In this document: positions 51,775 through 62,041 of the stretch, one piece after another
Position numbering within the stretch: position 1 is the first letter of the stretch
Layout: every line of letters begins with the position of its first letter
NCBI GenBank assembly: GCA_963767005.1
Contig: CAVYCN010000002.1
Location: 320,001-384,000, forward strand
Origin: an uncultured Actinomycetes bacterium
GTDB taxonomy: Bacteria; Actinomycetota; Thermoleophilia; UBA2241
DNA: 64,000 nt
Direction of reading: 5' to 3'
Made by a program: the position numbers and the translations under genes
Notes under the pieces: generated by a model
Database searches by the model: none
Told to the model about the DNA's origin: nothing
The model's input: the letters and a program-made list of their open reading frames with translations, nothing else

Positions 51775-52748
51775 CCGAACGCGGCGATCAGATCGACGCC
51801 GTGTGCGCCGCGATGCGCGCCGAGTCGCAGGTCGCGGTCGCCGTGCACGAGAGCCCCGACGCCGACGCGGTCGGCGCGGCGGCCGGCATGCTCGACCTCT
51901 TCGGGCAGCTCGGCGTGCCCGCCGCCCTGCACGTCGACGCCGGCGTCGCCGTGCCGTACGCCGCCGAGCTGCTGCCGCCCGGCGTGGTCGTCGTGGGATC
52001 GCCGCCGGGCGCCGCCACGCTGTACGCCCTCGATTGCGGGTCGCTCGACCGCCTGGCGCTGACGCTCGGGGAGCGCAGCGGGCGCACCGTCGACATCGAC
52101 CACCACCACGACAACACCCGGTTCGGCGACCTCACGTGGGTCGACGGGCGGGCGAGCAGCACATCCGAGCTGGTCTGCCGCCTCGCCGCGCGCCTCGGGC
52201 TCGAGTTCGGCACCCGCGCCGCCACGGCGCTCTACGCCGGGATCTCGTTCGACACGGGTCACTTCCAGCACGAAAGCACGTCGGCCGAGACCCTCGGCTG
52301 GGCGGCGCGCCTCGTCGAGCGCGGCGCCGATCCGACGCGCGTGTATCGCCTGCTCTATGAGCGCCGGAGCCTCGCCGGGCTGCGCCTCTGGGCGCGAGCG
52401 ATCGAGCGCATACGGCCGGCCGCCGGCGGCCGCGCGCTGCTGGCGATGCTGACGGCCGACGACTTCACCGCCACGGGGGCGGCCGACGACGACTCCGAGG
52501 GCATCGTCGACGCCCTGCGCGGCGTGCCCGGCGTCGACGTGGCCGCCCTCGTGCGACCGCGCGACGACGGGCGCGTGCGGGTGAGCCTGCGCTCCGAGGG
52601 CTTCGACGTGAGCGCGGTCGCCAGCCTGAAGGGCGGCGGCGGCCACCGCCAGGCCGCGGGGTTCACGGCGGCGGGCTCGCTCGAGGAGGTGATCCAGTGG
52701 CTCAGTACCGTACTCGACGAGCGCCTCTCGACGGTGTCCTCCTCGTAG
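51771..52748 (+). CDS. nrnA: DHH-family oligoribonuclease / pAp phosphatase NrnA
   Basis: H.SPDAD, IDHH, DTG.F, SLRS and GGGHRQAAG motifs. Confidence 0.92.
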   Translation: MTERGDQIDAVCAAMRAESQVAVAVHESPDADAVGAAAGMLDLFGQLGVPAALHVDAGVAVPYAAELLPPGVVVVGSPPGAATLYALDCGSLDRLALTLGERSGRTVDIDHHHDNTRFGDLTWVDGRASSTSELVCRLAARLGLEFGTRAATALYAGISFDTGHFQHESTSAETLGWAARLVERGADPTRVYRLLYERRSLAGLRLWARAIERIRPAAGGRALLAMLTADDFTATGAADDDSEGIVDALRGVPGVDVAALVRPRDDGRVRVSLRSEGFDVSAVASLKGGGGHRQAAGFTAAGSLEEVIQWLSTVLDERLSTVSSS

Positions 52749-53608
52749 ACAAGCCGGCCGGCTGCACGTCGCACGATGTCGTGGCGCGCGTGCGCCGGGC
52801 GCTGCGCCCCGAGGTCAAGAAAGTGGGGCACGCCGGCACGCTCGATCCGTTTGCGACCGGCCTGCTGATCGTCCTCGTCGGGCGCGCGACCAAGCTCGCC
52901 CGTTTCTTCGTCGACCTGCCCAAGGACTACGTCTGCACGCTGCAGTTCGGCTTCACCTCGGACACCGGCGACGGGACCGGCGAGCTCACGCCGACCGTCC
53001 GCGCGACCACGCTCGACGAGCTCGCCGCGACGCTGCCGCGGTTCCTCGGGCGCATCCAGCAGAAGGTGCCGATGACCTCGGCCGTCAAGGTCGACGGGGA
53101 GCGCCTCTACCGCAAGGCGCACCGCGGCGAGGTCGTCGAGACGCCGATCAAGGAGGTCGAGATCACGGCCATCGACGTGCTCGACTTCGACCCCGAGAAG
53201 CTGACCTCGCGCTGCCGGGTCGTGTGCTCGAAGGGCACCTACGTGCGGCAGCTCGCGATCGACGTCGGCGAGGCCCTCGGGGCCGGCGCCTACGTCGCCA
53301 GCCTGGCGCGCGCCGCGACCGGCCCCTTCCGGCTCGAGGACGCGCAGACGCTCGCCGATTTCGAAGAAGCCGTCGCAGCCCGCGAGCCCGACGATCTGCG
53401 CATCCCCGGCCTGCTGTCGCCGGCCCAGGCGCTGCAGTTCATGCCGGCGGTGACGGTGACGGCGGCCCAGGTGGCGGCCGTGCGCAACGGCGCACGGCTG
53501 CCGGCCGGCCCGCCGCACCCGGTGCGCCTGCTCTTCAGGGGCGAGCTCCTCGCCGTGTACGGACCGGTCGACGACGGCCCGGGGCTGCGCCCGCTCGTCA
53601 TGCTCTGA
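52697..53608 (+). CDS. truB: tRNA pseudouridine(55) synthase
   Basis: [20 protein letters not shown] and CSKGTYVR motifs; SD GAGGAGGT. Confidence 0.96.
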   Translation: MAQYRTRRAPLDGVLLVDKPAGCTSHDVVARVRRALRPEVKKVGHAGTLDPFATGLLIVLVGRATKLARFFVDLPKDYVCTLQFGFTSDTGDGTGELTPTVRATTLDELAATLPRFLGRIQQKVPMTSAVKVDGERLYRKAHRGEVVETPIKEVEITAIDVLDFDPEKLTSRCRVVCSKGTYVRQLAIDVGEALGAGAYVASLARAATGPFRLEDAQTLADFEEAVAAREPDDLRIPGLLSPAQALQFMPAVTVTAAQVAAVRNGARLPAGPPHPVRLLFRGELLAVYGPVDDGPGLRPLVML

Positions 53609-54564
53609 TGGAGGTCGTACACGACCTCTCGGCCGCCGCCCGGCGTCCGCGTGCCGTGGCCCTCGGCACCTTCGACGGCGTGCACGCCGGCCACCAGCTC
53701 GTGATCGGTGTGGCCCGCAAGGAAGCGCGCCGGCGGGGGATCACCGCCAGCGTCGTCACCTTCGACCGTCACCCCCTCGCGATCATCGATCCGACCCACC
53801 AGCCGCGGCTGCTGACGCCGCTCGGCGTCAAGGAGGAGCTCATCGGCGAGCTCGGTGTCGACGAGCTCGTCGTGCTGCGCTTCGATCGAGCGCTCGCCGA
53901 CCTGCCCGCCGACGACTTCGTGGCCGGCGTGCTCTCGGGCGGCCTGCGCGCCAACGTGGTCGCGGTCGGCGAGAACTTCACCTTCGGGGCGCGTGGCCTG
54001 GGCACGCCGGCGACGCTCGCCGCTCGCGGCGACGACCTCGGTTTCGAGACGATCGTCGTGCCCCTGCTCCAGTCGCACGGCCGGCCGATCAGCTCCTCGC
54101 GCATCCGGCGCCTCCTGCACGACGGCCGGCTGCCCGAGGTGCGCGCCATCCTCGGTCGCCCGCCGCGACTCGTCGGCGTGGTCGTGCACGGCGACAAGCG
54201 CGGCCGCACGCTCGGCTTTCCGACCGCCAACATCGACGCCCACACCGGCATGATCTTTCCAGGGCGGGGCGTCTACGCGGCTCGCGCGCGGCTCGACGGC
54301 CGCTGGTACCGCGCCGCGGTCAACGTGGGCCACAACCCGACGTTCCTGCACCCGGGCGACGAGACCGCGTTCGTGCGCATCGAGGCGCACCTGCTGGGCT
54401 TCGACGGCGACGCCTACGGCGCCGACATGGTGGTCGACTTCCTGGCGAGGCTTCGTGCCGAGCAGACCTTCGCCAGCGCCGCCGACCTCGTGGCGCGCAT
54501 GCACGACGACATCGCGCGCACGGCGGCGCTGAACGACCGCGCCTATCTCGAGCTCGGTCTGTGA
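53608..54564 (+). CDS. ribF: Riboflavin kinase / FAD synthetase
   Basis: GTFDGVHAGH, ISSSRIR, GFPTAN and IEAHL motifs. Confidence 0.96.
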   Translation: MEVVHDLSAAARRPRAVALGTFDGVHAGHQLVIGVARKEARRRGITASVVTFDRHPLAIIDPTHQPRLLTPLGVKEELIGELGVDELVVLRFDRALADLPADDFVAGVLSGGLRANVVAVGENFTFGARGLGTPATLAARGDDLGFETIVVPLLQSHGRPISSSRIRRLLHDGRLPEVRAILGRPPRLVGVVVHGDKRGRTLGFPTANIDAHTGMIFPGRGVYAARARLDGRWYRAAVNVGHNPTFLHPGDETAFVRIEAHLLGFDGDAYGADMVVDFLARLRAEQTFASAADLVARMHDDIARTAALNDRAYLELGL

Positions 54565-54663
54565 GGGTGGCGCCGCACGGCCGCGCCCTTGAGCTCGGCG
54601 TGTGACGGCGGCGGCGCGGGCGTGGGGGAGAGGGTCGGCGGTGGTCCGGCGACCCCTACGAGT

Positions 54664-54771
54664 TTGTACCGACCCCCCGGTGTGGTACCCTACCCAGCGA
54701 CCGTCTCTCGGTTCCGGGCTCGCCGACCCGGTACTGGGTCTCCGGATCATCCCGCAAGGGAGGTGATTCCC
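54664..54771 (+). promoter_or_regulatory. rpsO promoter and structured 5' leader
   Basis: TTGTAC-16-TACCCT; hairpins CCGGG/CCCGG and GATCATCCC-GCAA-GGGAGGTGAT covering the SD. Confidence 0.55.
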
Positions 54772-55041
54772 CTGGCGATCACGACTGAAGACAAGCAAGC
54801 CATCATCGCACGATTCTCCAAGCACGACGGCGACACCGGTTCGCCCGAAGTGCAGGTGGCGCTCCTCACCAAGCGCATCGACGACCTCACCGAGCACCTC
54901 AAGGTCCACAAGAAGGACCACCACTCCCGCCGAGGCCTGCTCATGATGGTCGGCCACCGGCGCCGCCTGCTCGACTACCTGCAGGCCAAAGACATGGAGC
55001 GTTACCGTACCCTCGTGAAAGACCTCGACCTGCGCAAGTAG
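54772..55041 (+). CDS. rpsO: 30S ribosomal protein S15 (CTG start)
   Basis: [29 protein letters not shown] lies 7 nt before CTG, giving the canonical 89 aa. Confidence 0.95.
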   Translation: MAITTEDKQAIIARFSKHDGDTGSPEVQVALLTKRIDDLTEHLKVHKKDHHSRRGLLMMVGHRRRLLDYLQAKDMERYRTLVKDLDLRK

Positions 55042-55067
55042 GCGGCGTCCTCCACGTGGCCGCGATC

Positions 55068-55094
55068 GGCCGTCCCGATGCGAATGGGACGGCC
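55068..55094 (+). promoter_or_regulatory. rpsO-pnp intergenic hairpin (terminator or RNase III site)
   Basis: GGCCGTCCC-gatgcgaat-GGGACGGCC. Confidence 0.5.
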
Positions 55095-55115
55095 AGAAGG
55101 ATTCGAAGGGATTCC

Positions 55116-57221
55116 ATGACCGTTCACACCGTTGATGTAGAGATCGGGGGGCGCACCATCACCCTCGAGACAGGCAAGCTCGCCAAGCAGGCCAATGGGG
55201 CCGTCGTGGTGCGCTGCGAAGACACCGTCGTGCTGGCCACGGCGGTGGCGCGCGAGGAGACCCGCGAGAACCAGGACTTCTTTCCCCTGACGGTCGACGT
55301 CGAGGAGCGCATGTACGCCGCCGGCAAGATCCCCGGCGGCTTCATCAAGCGCGAATCACGGCCGAGCGACAAGGCGACGCTCACCGCGCGTCAGATCGAC
55401 CGGCCCATCCGTCCATCGTTCCCGAAGGGCTTCATGAACGAGGTCCAGATCATCGGGACAGTGCTCTCCTACGACCAGGAGAACGCCTACGACGTCCTGA
55501 CCATGACCGGCGCTTCGGCGGCCCTCACGATCTCCGAGATCCCCTTCCTGGGGCCGCTCGGCGCCGTGCGCGTCGGCCTGATCGACGGTGAGTTCGTGGT
55601 CAACCCGCCGCTCTCCGACCTCGAGGGCGCGAGCCTCGACCTCGTCGTGTCCGGCAGCAGCGACGCGATCGTGATGGTCGAGGCCGCCGCGAACGAGGCC
55701 AGCGAGGAGCAGGTCCTCGAGGGCCTGCGGCTCGCCCACGCCGAGATCAAGAAGCTGATCGACGCCCAGCTGCGCCTGCGCGAGCTGGCCGGCAAGCCCA
55801 AGTGGGACGTGCCGCCCTACGAAGTCGATCGTGGCCTCTACGACCGCATCGTGCGCGACTTCGGCGCTGAGGTCGACCGCGTCACGCAGATCGAAGACAA
55901 GAAGGGCCGCCAGGAGGGTACCGTCGAGCTGCGCCAGCAGGTCGTGGAGCGTCTCACCGAAGGCGTCGCCGACGACGACCTGCGCGAGCACACGGCGCAG
56001 GTCCGGCGAGCCTTCGCGCAGCTCGAGAAAGACGTGATCCGGCGGCGCATCGCCGTCGACAAGCGGCGGCCTGACGGGCGCCGCACCGACGAGATCCGGC
56101 CGATCAGCTGCGAGGTCGGGCTCATGCCGCGCACCCACGGCTCGGCCCTGTTCACCCGGGGCCAGACGCAGGCCCTCACGCTGCTCACCCTGGGGGCGAC
56201 CGGCGACGCCCAGCGCATCGACACGATCAACCCCGAGGAGAGCAAGAAGTACATCCACCACTACAACTTCCCACCCTACTCGGTGGGCGAGACGGGCTTC
56301 ATGCGCGGCCCCAAGCGCCGCGACATCGGCCACGGCGCCCTCGCCGAGCGCGCCCTCGTGCCCATGCTGCCCGACGAGAAGGACTTCCCCTACACCATCC
56401 GCCTGGTGTCCGAGATCCTCGAGAGCAACGGCTCCTCGTCGATGGCGAGCGTCTGTGGCTCGACCCTGTCGCTCATGGACGCCGGCGTGCAGATCCGCGA
56501 ACCCGTGGCCGGCATCGCCATGGGCCTGATCAAAGAGGGCGACGACTACGTCGTACTCTCCGACATCGCCGGCGTCGAGGACCATCTCGGCGACATGGAC
56601 TTCAAGGTGGCCGGCTCGCGCAACGGCATCACCGCCCTGCAGATGGACATCAAGATCCGGGGCGTCAGCTTCGAGATCCTGGGCGACGCCCTGGCGCAGG
56701 CCAAGCGCGGCCGCCTGTTCATCCTCGACAAGATGCTCGCCACATTGCCGGCGCCGCGCGCCGAGCTCTCGCCGTACGCGCCGCGTATCTTCACGATCCA
56801 GATCAACCCCGACCAGATCGGCCTGATCATCGGCAAGGGCGGCGAGACCATCAAGGGGCTCTGCGAGGAGTTCGGCGTGCAGATCGACATCGAGGACGAC
56901 GGCACCGTCTACGTCGCCGCCCCCGACATGGAGGCCGGCGAAGCCGTGACCGAGCGCATCGTGTCGATGACCAAGGACATCGAGGTCGGCGACATCATCA
57001 CCGGCAAGGTCGTCAAGACGACCGACTTCGGCGCGTTCGTCGAGCTCAAGCGGGGCGTCGACGGGCTCATCCACATCTCCAAGCTCGGCGGCGGCAAGCG
57101 CGTCGACAAGGTCGAGGACGTGGTCAGCCGCGGCGACACGATCACGGTCGAGGTCGTCGAGATCGACAAAGCGCGCAACCGGATCGGCCTGCGGCCGCTC
57201 GAAGCCCCGGTCAAGCAATAG
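55116..57221 (+). CDS. pnp: Polyribonucleotide nucleotidyltransferase (PNPase)
   Basis: FFPLTVD, GKIPGGF, SNGSSSMAS and GDMDFKVAG motifs; KH and S1 domains. Confidence 0.98.
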   Translation: MTVHTVDVEIGGRTITLETGKLAKQANGAVVVRCEDTVVLATAVAREETRENQDFFPLTVDVEERMYAAGKIPGGFIKRESRPSDKATLTARQIDRPIRPSFPKGFMNEVQIIGTVLSYDQENAYDVLTMTGASAALTISEIPFLGPLGAVRVGLIDGEFVVNPPLSDLEGASLDLVVSGSSDAIVMVEAAANEASEEQVLEGLRLAHAEIKKLIDAQLRLRELAGKPKWDVPPYEVDRGLYDRIVRDFGAEVDRVTQIEDKKGRQEGTVELRQQVVERLTEGVADDDLREHTAQVRRAFAQLEKDVIRRRIAVDKRRPDGRRTDEIRPISCEVGLMPRTHGSALFTRGQTQALTLLTLGATGDAQRIDTINPEESKKYIHHYNFPPYSVGETGFMRGPKRRDIGHGALAERALVPMLPDEKDFPYTIRLVSEILESNGSSSMASVCGSTLSLMDAGVQIREPVAGIAMGLIKEGDDYVVLSDIAGVEDHLGDMDFKVAGSRNGITALQMDIKIRGVSFEILGDALAQAKRGRLFILDKMLATLPAPRAELSPYAPRIFTIQINPDQIGLIIGKGGETIKGLCEEFGVQIDIEDDGTVYVAAPDMEAGEAVTERIVSMTKDIEVGDIITGKVVKTTDFGAFVELKRGVDGLIHISKLGGGKRVDKVEDVVSRGDTITVEVVEIDKARNRIGLRPLEAPVKQ

Positions 57222-57235
57222 GGCGGAGGCCGGCC

Positions 57236-58507
57236 ATCCAGGACTTCGAGATCGCCACGCTCGACAACGGGCTGCGGGTCGTCACCGAGCCCATCGACGG
57301 CGTACGGTCGATCGCGCTCGGATTCTGGATCGGGGTCGGGTCCCGCCACGAGGACCCGACCAAGGCCGGCATATCGCACCTGATCGAGCACCTCATCTTC
57401 AAGGGTACGGCCGACTACTCGGCCTGGGACATCGCGCGCATCTTCGATCAGATGGGCGGCGAGCTGAACGCGGCGACGGCCAAGGAGTACACGCTGCTGC
57501 ACGCGCGCTTCCTCGACGCTCACTTGGACGAAGCCTTCGCCGTCATGGCCGACATGGTGGCCAGGCCGCTCATGGCCGACCTCGACGCCGAGCGCGAGGT
57601 CGTGCTCGAAGAGGTCGCGCTGTACGAGGACTCACCCTCCGACCTCATCCACGACTACCTCGCCGAGACGGTCTTCTGGGAGCATCCGCTGGGTCGCCAG
57701 ATCATCGGCACGGCCGAGACATTGCGGGCGGCCGACCGCGCGGCCGCCGACGCCTACCACCGGGCGCACTACGTGACGCCGTCGATCGTGATCGCGGCGG
57801 CCGGGAACCTGCGCCACGAGCGCATCGTCGAGCTCGCCAGGCGCCACTTCGGCGGCGCCGGGCGTGGCGCGTCGCCGACCTCGCCGCTGGCGCACCCCGT
57901 CGCTCGTCACGACGCCTACTTCATGCGCAAGGACACCGAGCAGTTCCACGTGTGCCTGGGCGCACCGACCATGGCCCGCGACGACCCGCGACGCTTCGCC
58001 CTGTCGGTGCTCGACACGGCCCTCGGCGGCTCGTCGAGCTCGCGCCTGTTCCAGGAGATCCGCGAGAAGCGCGGCCTCGTCTACTCGGTGTACTCGTACA
58101 CCTCGCTCTATGCCGACACCGGCCTCGTGGCGATCTCGTTCGGCTCGCGGCCCGAGGGCCTGGCCGAGGTCATGGAGCTCTGCACCACCGAGCTGCGCGG
58201 GCTCGCCGCGTCGCTCACCGACGAAGAGGTCGAGCGCACCAAGGAGCAGATCAAGGGGCAGATCGTGCTCAGCATGGAGAGCCCCTCGTCGCGCATGAAC
58301 CGCCTGGGCCGCAGCGTGCTCATGGACCTCGAGATCCGCACGCTCGACGGCATGCTGGCGCAGATCGACGCGGTCGACCGCGCGGCGGTGGTCGACCTCG
58401 CCCGGAGCTCCTACGACGTCGCCACCTGGTCGGCGGTCTGCATCGGCCCCGAGCCCGAGCCCTTCCAGGCGACGGTCGGCGACTACAGGTGGTGGGACCC
58501 CGAGTGA
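57236..58507 (+). CDS. M16 family zinc peptidase (non-canonical ATC start inferred)
   Basis: Frame upstream of the first ATG (57452) encodes TLDNGLRVV..VGSRHE..GISHLIEH (HxxEH). SD GGAGG lies 6 nt before ATC. Confidence 0.88.
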   Translation: MQDFEIATLDNGLRVVTEPIDGVRSIALGFWIGVGSRHEDPTKAGISHLIEHLIFKGTADYSAWDIARIFDQMGGELNAATAKEYTLLHARFLDAHLDEAFAVMADMVARPLMADLDAEREVVLEEVALYEDSPSDLIHDYLAETVFWEHPLGRQIIGTAETLRAADRAAADAYHRAHYVTPSIVIAAAGNLRHERIVELARRHFGGAGRGASPTSPLAHPVARHDAYFMRKDTEQFHVCLGAPTMARDDPRRFALSVLDTALGGSSSSRLFQEIREKRGLVYSVYSYTSLYADTGLVAISFGSRPEGLAEVMELCTTELRGLAASLTDEEVERTKEQIKGQIVLSMESPSSRMNRLGRSVLMDLEIRTLDGMLAQIDAVDRAAVVDLARSSYDVATWSAVCIGPEPEPFQATVGDYRWWDPE

Positions 58508-59277
58508 CCGGCGTCGTCGTCATGGGAGCGCTGGGGCGCATGGGCTCGCTGCTCTGCGCGTCGATCGACGCCGCCGCCGACCTCGCCCTCGTCGCGCGGG
58601 TCGACCCCCGCGCCGCCGCCGCGAGCGGCGCGGGGTCGGCGGCGCCGCTCTTCGCGACCCTGGCCGAGGCGCTGGCCGCGACACGACCCGACGTCGCTTT
58701 CGATTTCACCGTGCCGGGCGCCGTGTTCGACAGCGTCGCCGACGCGCTTCGCGCCGGTCTGCCCACGGTCGTCGGCACGACCGGCCTCTCCGACGACCAG
58801 GTCGAGGCGCTGGCGGCGATCGCCGCCGCGCACGACGCGGCCCTGCTGATCGTGCCGAACTTCGCCCTGGGCGCCGTCCTGCTCATGCGCTTCGCGACGC
58901 AGGCCGCGCGCTACTTCCCGGCCGCCGAGATCATCGAGCTTCACGAGCAGGACAAGCTCGACGCGCCCTCGGGCACGTCGCTGCGCACCGCCCGGCTCAT
59001 GTGCGAGGGCGGCGCGGCCCACCCCCACGGCGCCGACGAGACGCGTCCCTCGCGTGGCCTGTCGGCCGACGGCGTGCGGATCCACAGCGTGCGCCTGCCG
59101 GGCCTGGTCGCCCACCAGGAGGTCGTCTTCGGGGGCGTGGGGGAGACCCTGAGCCTGCGGCACGACTCGCTGTCGCGCGAGTCGTTCATGGCCGGCGCGC
59201 TGCTTGCCCTCAGGCGGGCGCCCGGTCTCACCGGCACGACGGTCGGCCTCGAGCACCTGCTCGACGACGGGGCCTGA
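58504..59277 (+). CDS. dapB: 4-hydroxy-tetrahydrodipicolinate reductase
   Basis: GALGRMG, DFT, GTTG and ELH..KLDAPSGT motifs. Confidence 0.95.
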   Translation: MTGVVVMGALGRMGSLLCASIDAAADLALVARVDPRAAAASGAGSAAPLFATLAEALAATRPDVAFDFTVPGAVFDSVADALRAGLPTVVGTTGLSDDQVEALAAIAAAHDAALLIVPNFALGAVLLMRFATQAARYFPAAEIIELHEQDKLDAPSGTSLRTARLMCEGGAAHPHGADETRPSRGLSADGVRIHSVRLPGLVAHQEVVFGGVGETLSLRHDSLSRESFMAGALLALRRAPGLTGTTVGLEHLLDDGA

Positions 59278-59309
59278 GCGACGTGAGCGACGACAGGGGG
59301 AACGCCGAG

Positions 59310-60185
59310 ATGCAGTTGTTCGGAGACATCCTCACCGCCGTCGTCACGCCGTTCACCGCCGACCTGCAGGTCGACGCCGTCGCTTTCGCGCGCCTCGCCG
59401 ACCATCTGCTGGCCGGCGGCTCCGACGGTCTCGTCGTGGCGGCGACGACGGGCGAGGGGCCCACGCTCTCCGACGACGAGAAGGTCGCCCTGTTCCGTCA
59501 CGCCGTCGAGGTCGCGACCGGCCGCGGCACGGTGATTGCCGCGACCGGCTCCAACGACACCGAGCACAGCGTGGCGCTCACGCGCCGCGCCGAGGACGCC
59601 GGCGTCGACGGCGTGCTGGTCGTGACGCCCTACTACAACCGTCCGCCCGAGCGTGGCCTGCGGCTTCATTTCGCGGCCGTCGCGGGCGCGACCACGCTGC
59701 CGGTGATCGTCTACAACATCCCGTCGCGCTGCGCCCTGAACCTCTCGCCCGAGCTCCTCGCCGACCTCGCGGCGATCGACAACGTCGTCGCCGTCAAACA
59801 GGCCAACCCCGACCTCGCCGAATCGCGCCGCTTGCGCGAGCTGTGCGACCTCGGCCTGTACGCCGGCAACGACGACATGACGCTCGACATCGTCGAGATG
59901 GGGGGTTGGGGCTGCATCTCGGTGGCAAGCCACCTGGTCGGGCGGCGCCTCAAGGAGCTGGTGCTGGCCGCTCGGTCCGGCGACCGGGCACGGGCAGCCG
60001 CGATCGACCGCGACCTGGCGCCGCTCTACGCGGCGCTGTTCACCACGACCAACCCCATTCCCATCAAGGCCGCGCTCAACCTGACCGGCCACGAGGTCGG
60101 AGGTCTCCGCCCGCCGCTCGTCGAAGCGAGCGACGACGAGACCTGCGCCATCGAGGCTGAGCTCGAGCGTCTGGGCCTGCTCTGA
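59310..60185 (+). CDS. dapA: 4-hydroxy-tetrahydrodipicolinate synthase
   Basis: TAVVTPF, TTGE, PYYN, YNIP.R, VAVK and NPIPIK motifs. Confidence 0.95.
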   Translation: MQLFGDILTAVVTPFTADLQVDAVAFARLADHLLAGGSDGLVVAATTGEGPTLSDDEKVALFRHAVEVATGRGTVIAATGSNDTEHSVALTRRAEDAGVDGVLVVTPYYNRPPERGLRLHFAAVAGATTLPVIVYNIPSRCALNLSPELLADLAAIDNVVAVKQANPDLAESRRLRELCDLGLYAGNDDMTLDIVEMGGWGCISVASHLVGRRLKELVLAARSGDRARAAAIDRDLAPLYAALFTTTNPIPIKAALNLTGHEVGGLRPPLVEASDDETCAIEAELERLGLL

Positions 60186-60257
60186 AGGATCGCGAGGCGC
60201 GCGCCGGCGATCGCTGCTCGCGCGGCCCGCGACGACAAAAGGATCGATTGAACCAAC

Positions 60258-61922
60258 ATGAACGATGACACCCTGAAGATCATCCCGCTCGGCGGGATGG
60301 GCGAGATCGGCAAGAACATGACCGCCGTCGAGTACCGCGGTAAGATCGTCGTGGTCGACTGCGGGCTTGCCTTCCCGCGCGACGAGATGCTGGGCATCGA
60401 CCTCGTCCTGCCCGACATCACCTACCTGCGCGAGCGGCGCGACGACGTGCTGGCCTTCCTCATCACCCACGGCCACGAGGACCACTTCGGCGCCCTCGCC
60501 TACGTCCTGCGCGACATCAACGTGCCGGTCTACGGCAGCCGGCTCACGCTGGCCTTTGCCAAGTCCAAGCTCGACGAGCACGGGCTGCTCAAGGACGTCG
60601 AGCTCCACGAGGTGACCGAGGACTCCGTGCTCGACCTCGCTCCCTTCACCGTGCGTTTCTGCGCGGTGAGCCACAGCGTGCCCGACGCCCTGGCGATCAT
60701 CGTCGAGACGCCCGCCGGTCGCGTGGTGTGGTCGGGCGACTACAAGTTCGACCACACGCCGATCGACGGGCGCACGACCGACGTCGACAAGCTCGCGCGG
60801 CTCGGCCGCGAGGGCGTGCTGGCCCTGCTGGCCGACTCGACCAACGTCGAGAGCGAGGGCAGCACCGGCTCCGAGAGTCAGGTCGGTCAGGCGTTCCACC
60901 GCATCTTCGCCGAGGCCGACGGCCGGGTGCTCGTGGCCTGTTTCTCGTCGCACATCCACCGCATCCAGCAGGCGGTCGAGATCGCCTACCTGCACGGCCG
61001 CAAGTTCGCCGTGTCGGGTCGGTCGATGGTGAAGAACGTCAACATCGCGCGCAACCTGGGCTACCTGAAGGTGCCCGACGACGCCCAGATCAAGCTCACC
61101 GAGATCGACCAGTACCGGCCCGACGAGGTCCTCATCTTGACGACCGGGAGTCAGGGCGAGCCCCTGTCGGCGCTGTCGCGCATGGCCTGGGACGATCACC
61201 CCCAGGTCGAGCTGCAGCCCGGCGACACGATCGTGATCTCGGCCCGCCCGGTGCCCGGCAACGAGGTCAGCGTGATGGACACGGTCAACCGCCTGCTGCG
61301 CTCGGGTGCCCGCGTGATCTACGGCGCCGCGAGCGGCGTGCACGTGTCGGGCCACGCCTCGCGCGAGGACCAGCGCATGCTGCTCAACCTGCTCACGCCG
61401 CGCTACTTCGTGCCAGCGCACGGCGAGTACCGTCACCAGTACCTGCACGCCGAGCTCGCGCGTGAGGTCGGCATCCCCGACGACCACGTCTTCATCCTCG
61501 ACAACGGCGACGTGCTCGAGTTCGGCGACGGCACGGCCGCCGTCACCGCCAAGGTGCCGGCCGGCATGATGTTCGTCGACGGGCTGCAGATCGGCGGTGC
61601 CGAGCACGTCGTGCTGCGCGAGCGCCAGCAGCTCTCGGGCGACGGCATCCTGATCGCCGTGGTCACGGTGAGCGTGCAGACCGGTGAGTCGGTCGCGCCG
61701 CCCGAGCTCGTCGCACGCGGCTTCCTCTACGACGAGACCACCGAGCACGACCTGCTGGCCGCGGCCTCCGACACGCTGGTCGAGCGCCTGCACGAGCTCA
61801 CGGGTGAGCACACGACCGGTCAGCGCCTGCTGCGCGAGGACATCCACGACACGCTCGCTCAGTTCATCTACCGGCGCACCAAGCGCGAGCCGCTGATCCT
61901 GCCGGTCGTCGTCGAGATCTGA
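60258..61922 (+). CDS. rnj: Ribonuclease J
   Basis: GGMGEIGKN, THGHEDH, TGSQGEP and HVSGHA motifs. Confidence 0.97.
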   Translation: MNDDTLKIIPLGGMGEIGKNMTAVEYRGKIVVVDCGLAFPRDEMLGIDLVLPDITYLRERRDDVLAFLITHGHEDHFGALAYVLRDINVPVYGSRLTLAFAKSKLDEHGLLKDVELHEVTEDSVLDLAPFTVRFCAVSHSVPDALAIIVETPAGRVVWSGDYKFDHTPIDGRTTDVDKLARLGREGVLALLADSTNVESEGSTGSESQVGQAFHRIFAEADGRVLVACFSSHIHRIQQAVEIAYLHGRKFAVSGRSMVKNVNIARNLGYLKVPDDAQIKLTEIDQYRPDEVLILTTGSQGEPLSALSRMAWDDHPQVELQPGDTIVISARPVPGNEVSVMDTVNRLLRSGARVIYGAASGVHVSGHASREDQRMLLNLLTPRYFVPAHGEYRHQYLHAELAREVGIPDDHVFILDNGDVLEFGDGTAAVTAKVPAGMMFVDGLQIGGAEHVVLRERQQLSGDGILIAVVTVSVQTGESVAPPELVARGFLYDETTEHDLLAAASDTLVERLHELTGEHTTGQRLLREDIHDTLAQFIYRRTKREPLILPVVVEI

Positions 61923-61931
61923 TCGGGCCTC

Positions 61932-61983
61932 CGGCGCCCGGGCCGGCGCGGCGGCACAGGCCGCCGCGCCGGCCCGGGCGCCG
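61932..61983 (+). terminator. Perfect 24-bp hairpin after rnj
   Basis: CGGCGCCCGGGCCGGCGCGGCGGC-acag-GCCGCCGCGCCGGCCCGGGCGCCG. Confidence 0.6.
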
Positions 61984-62041
61984 ACGACGAAGTCTGTCGC
62001 CGGCCCTAGGGTTCGCGCCGTCCCCGTCGAATAGGCGACCC

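Noticed and set aside
62005-62035. sigma28-like promoter (GTCGAATA) upstream of ftsK
   Set aside because: The match is too weak at both boxes.
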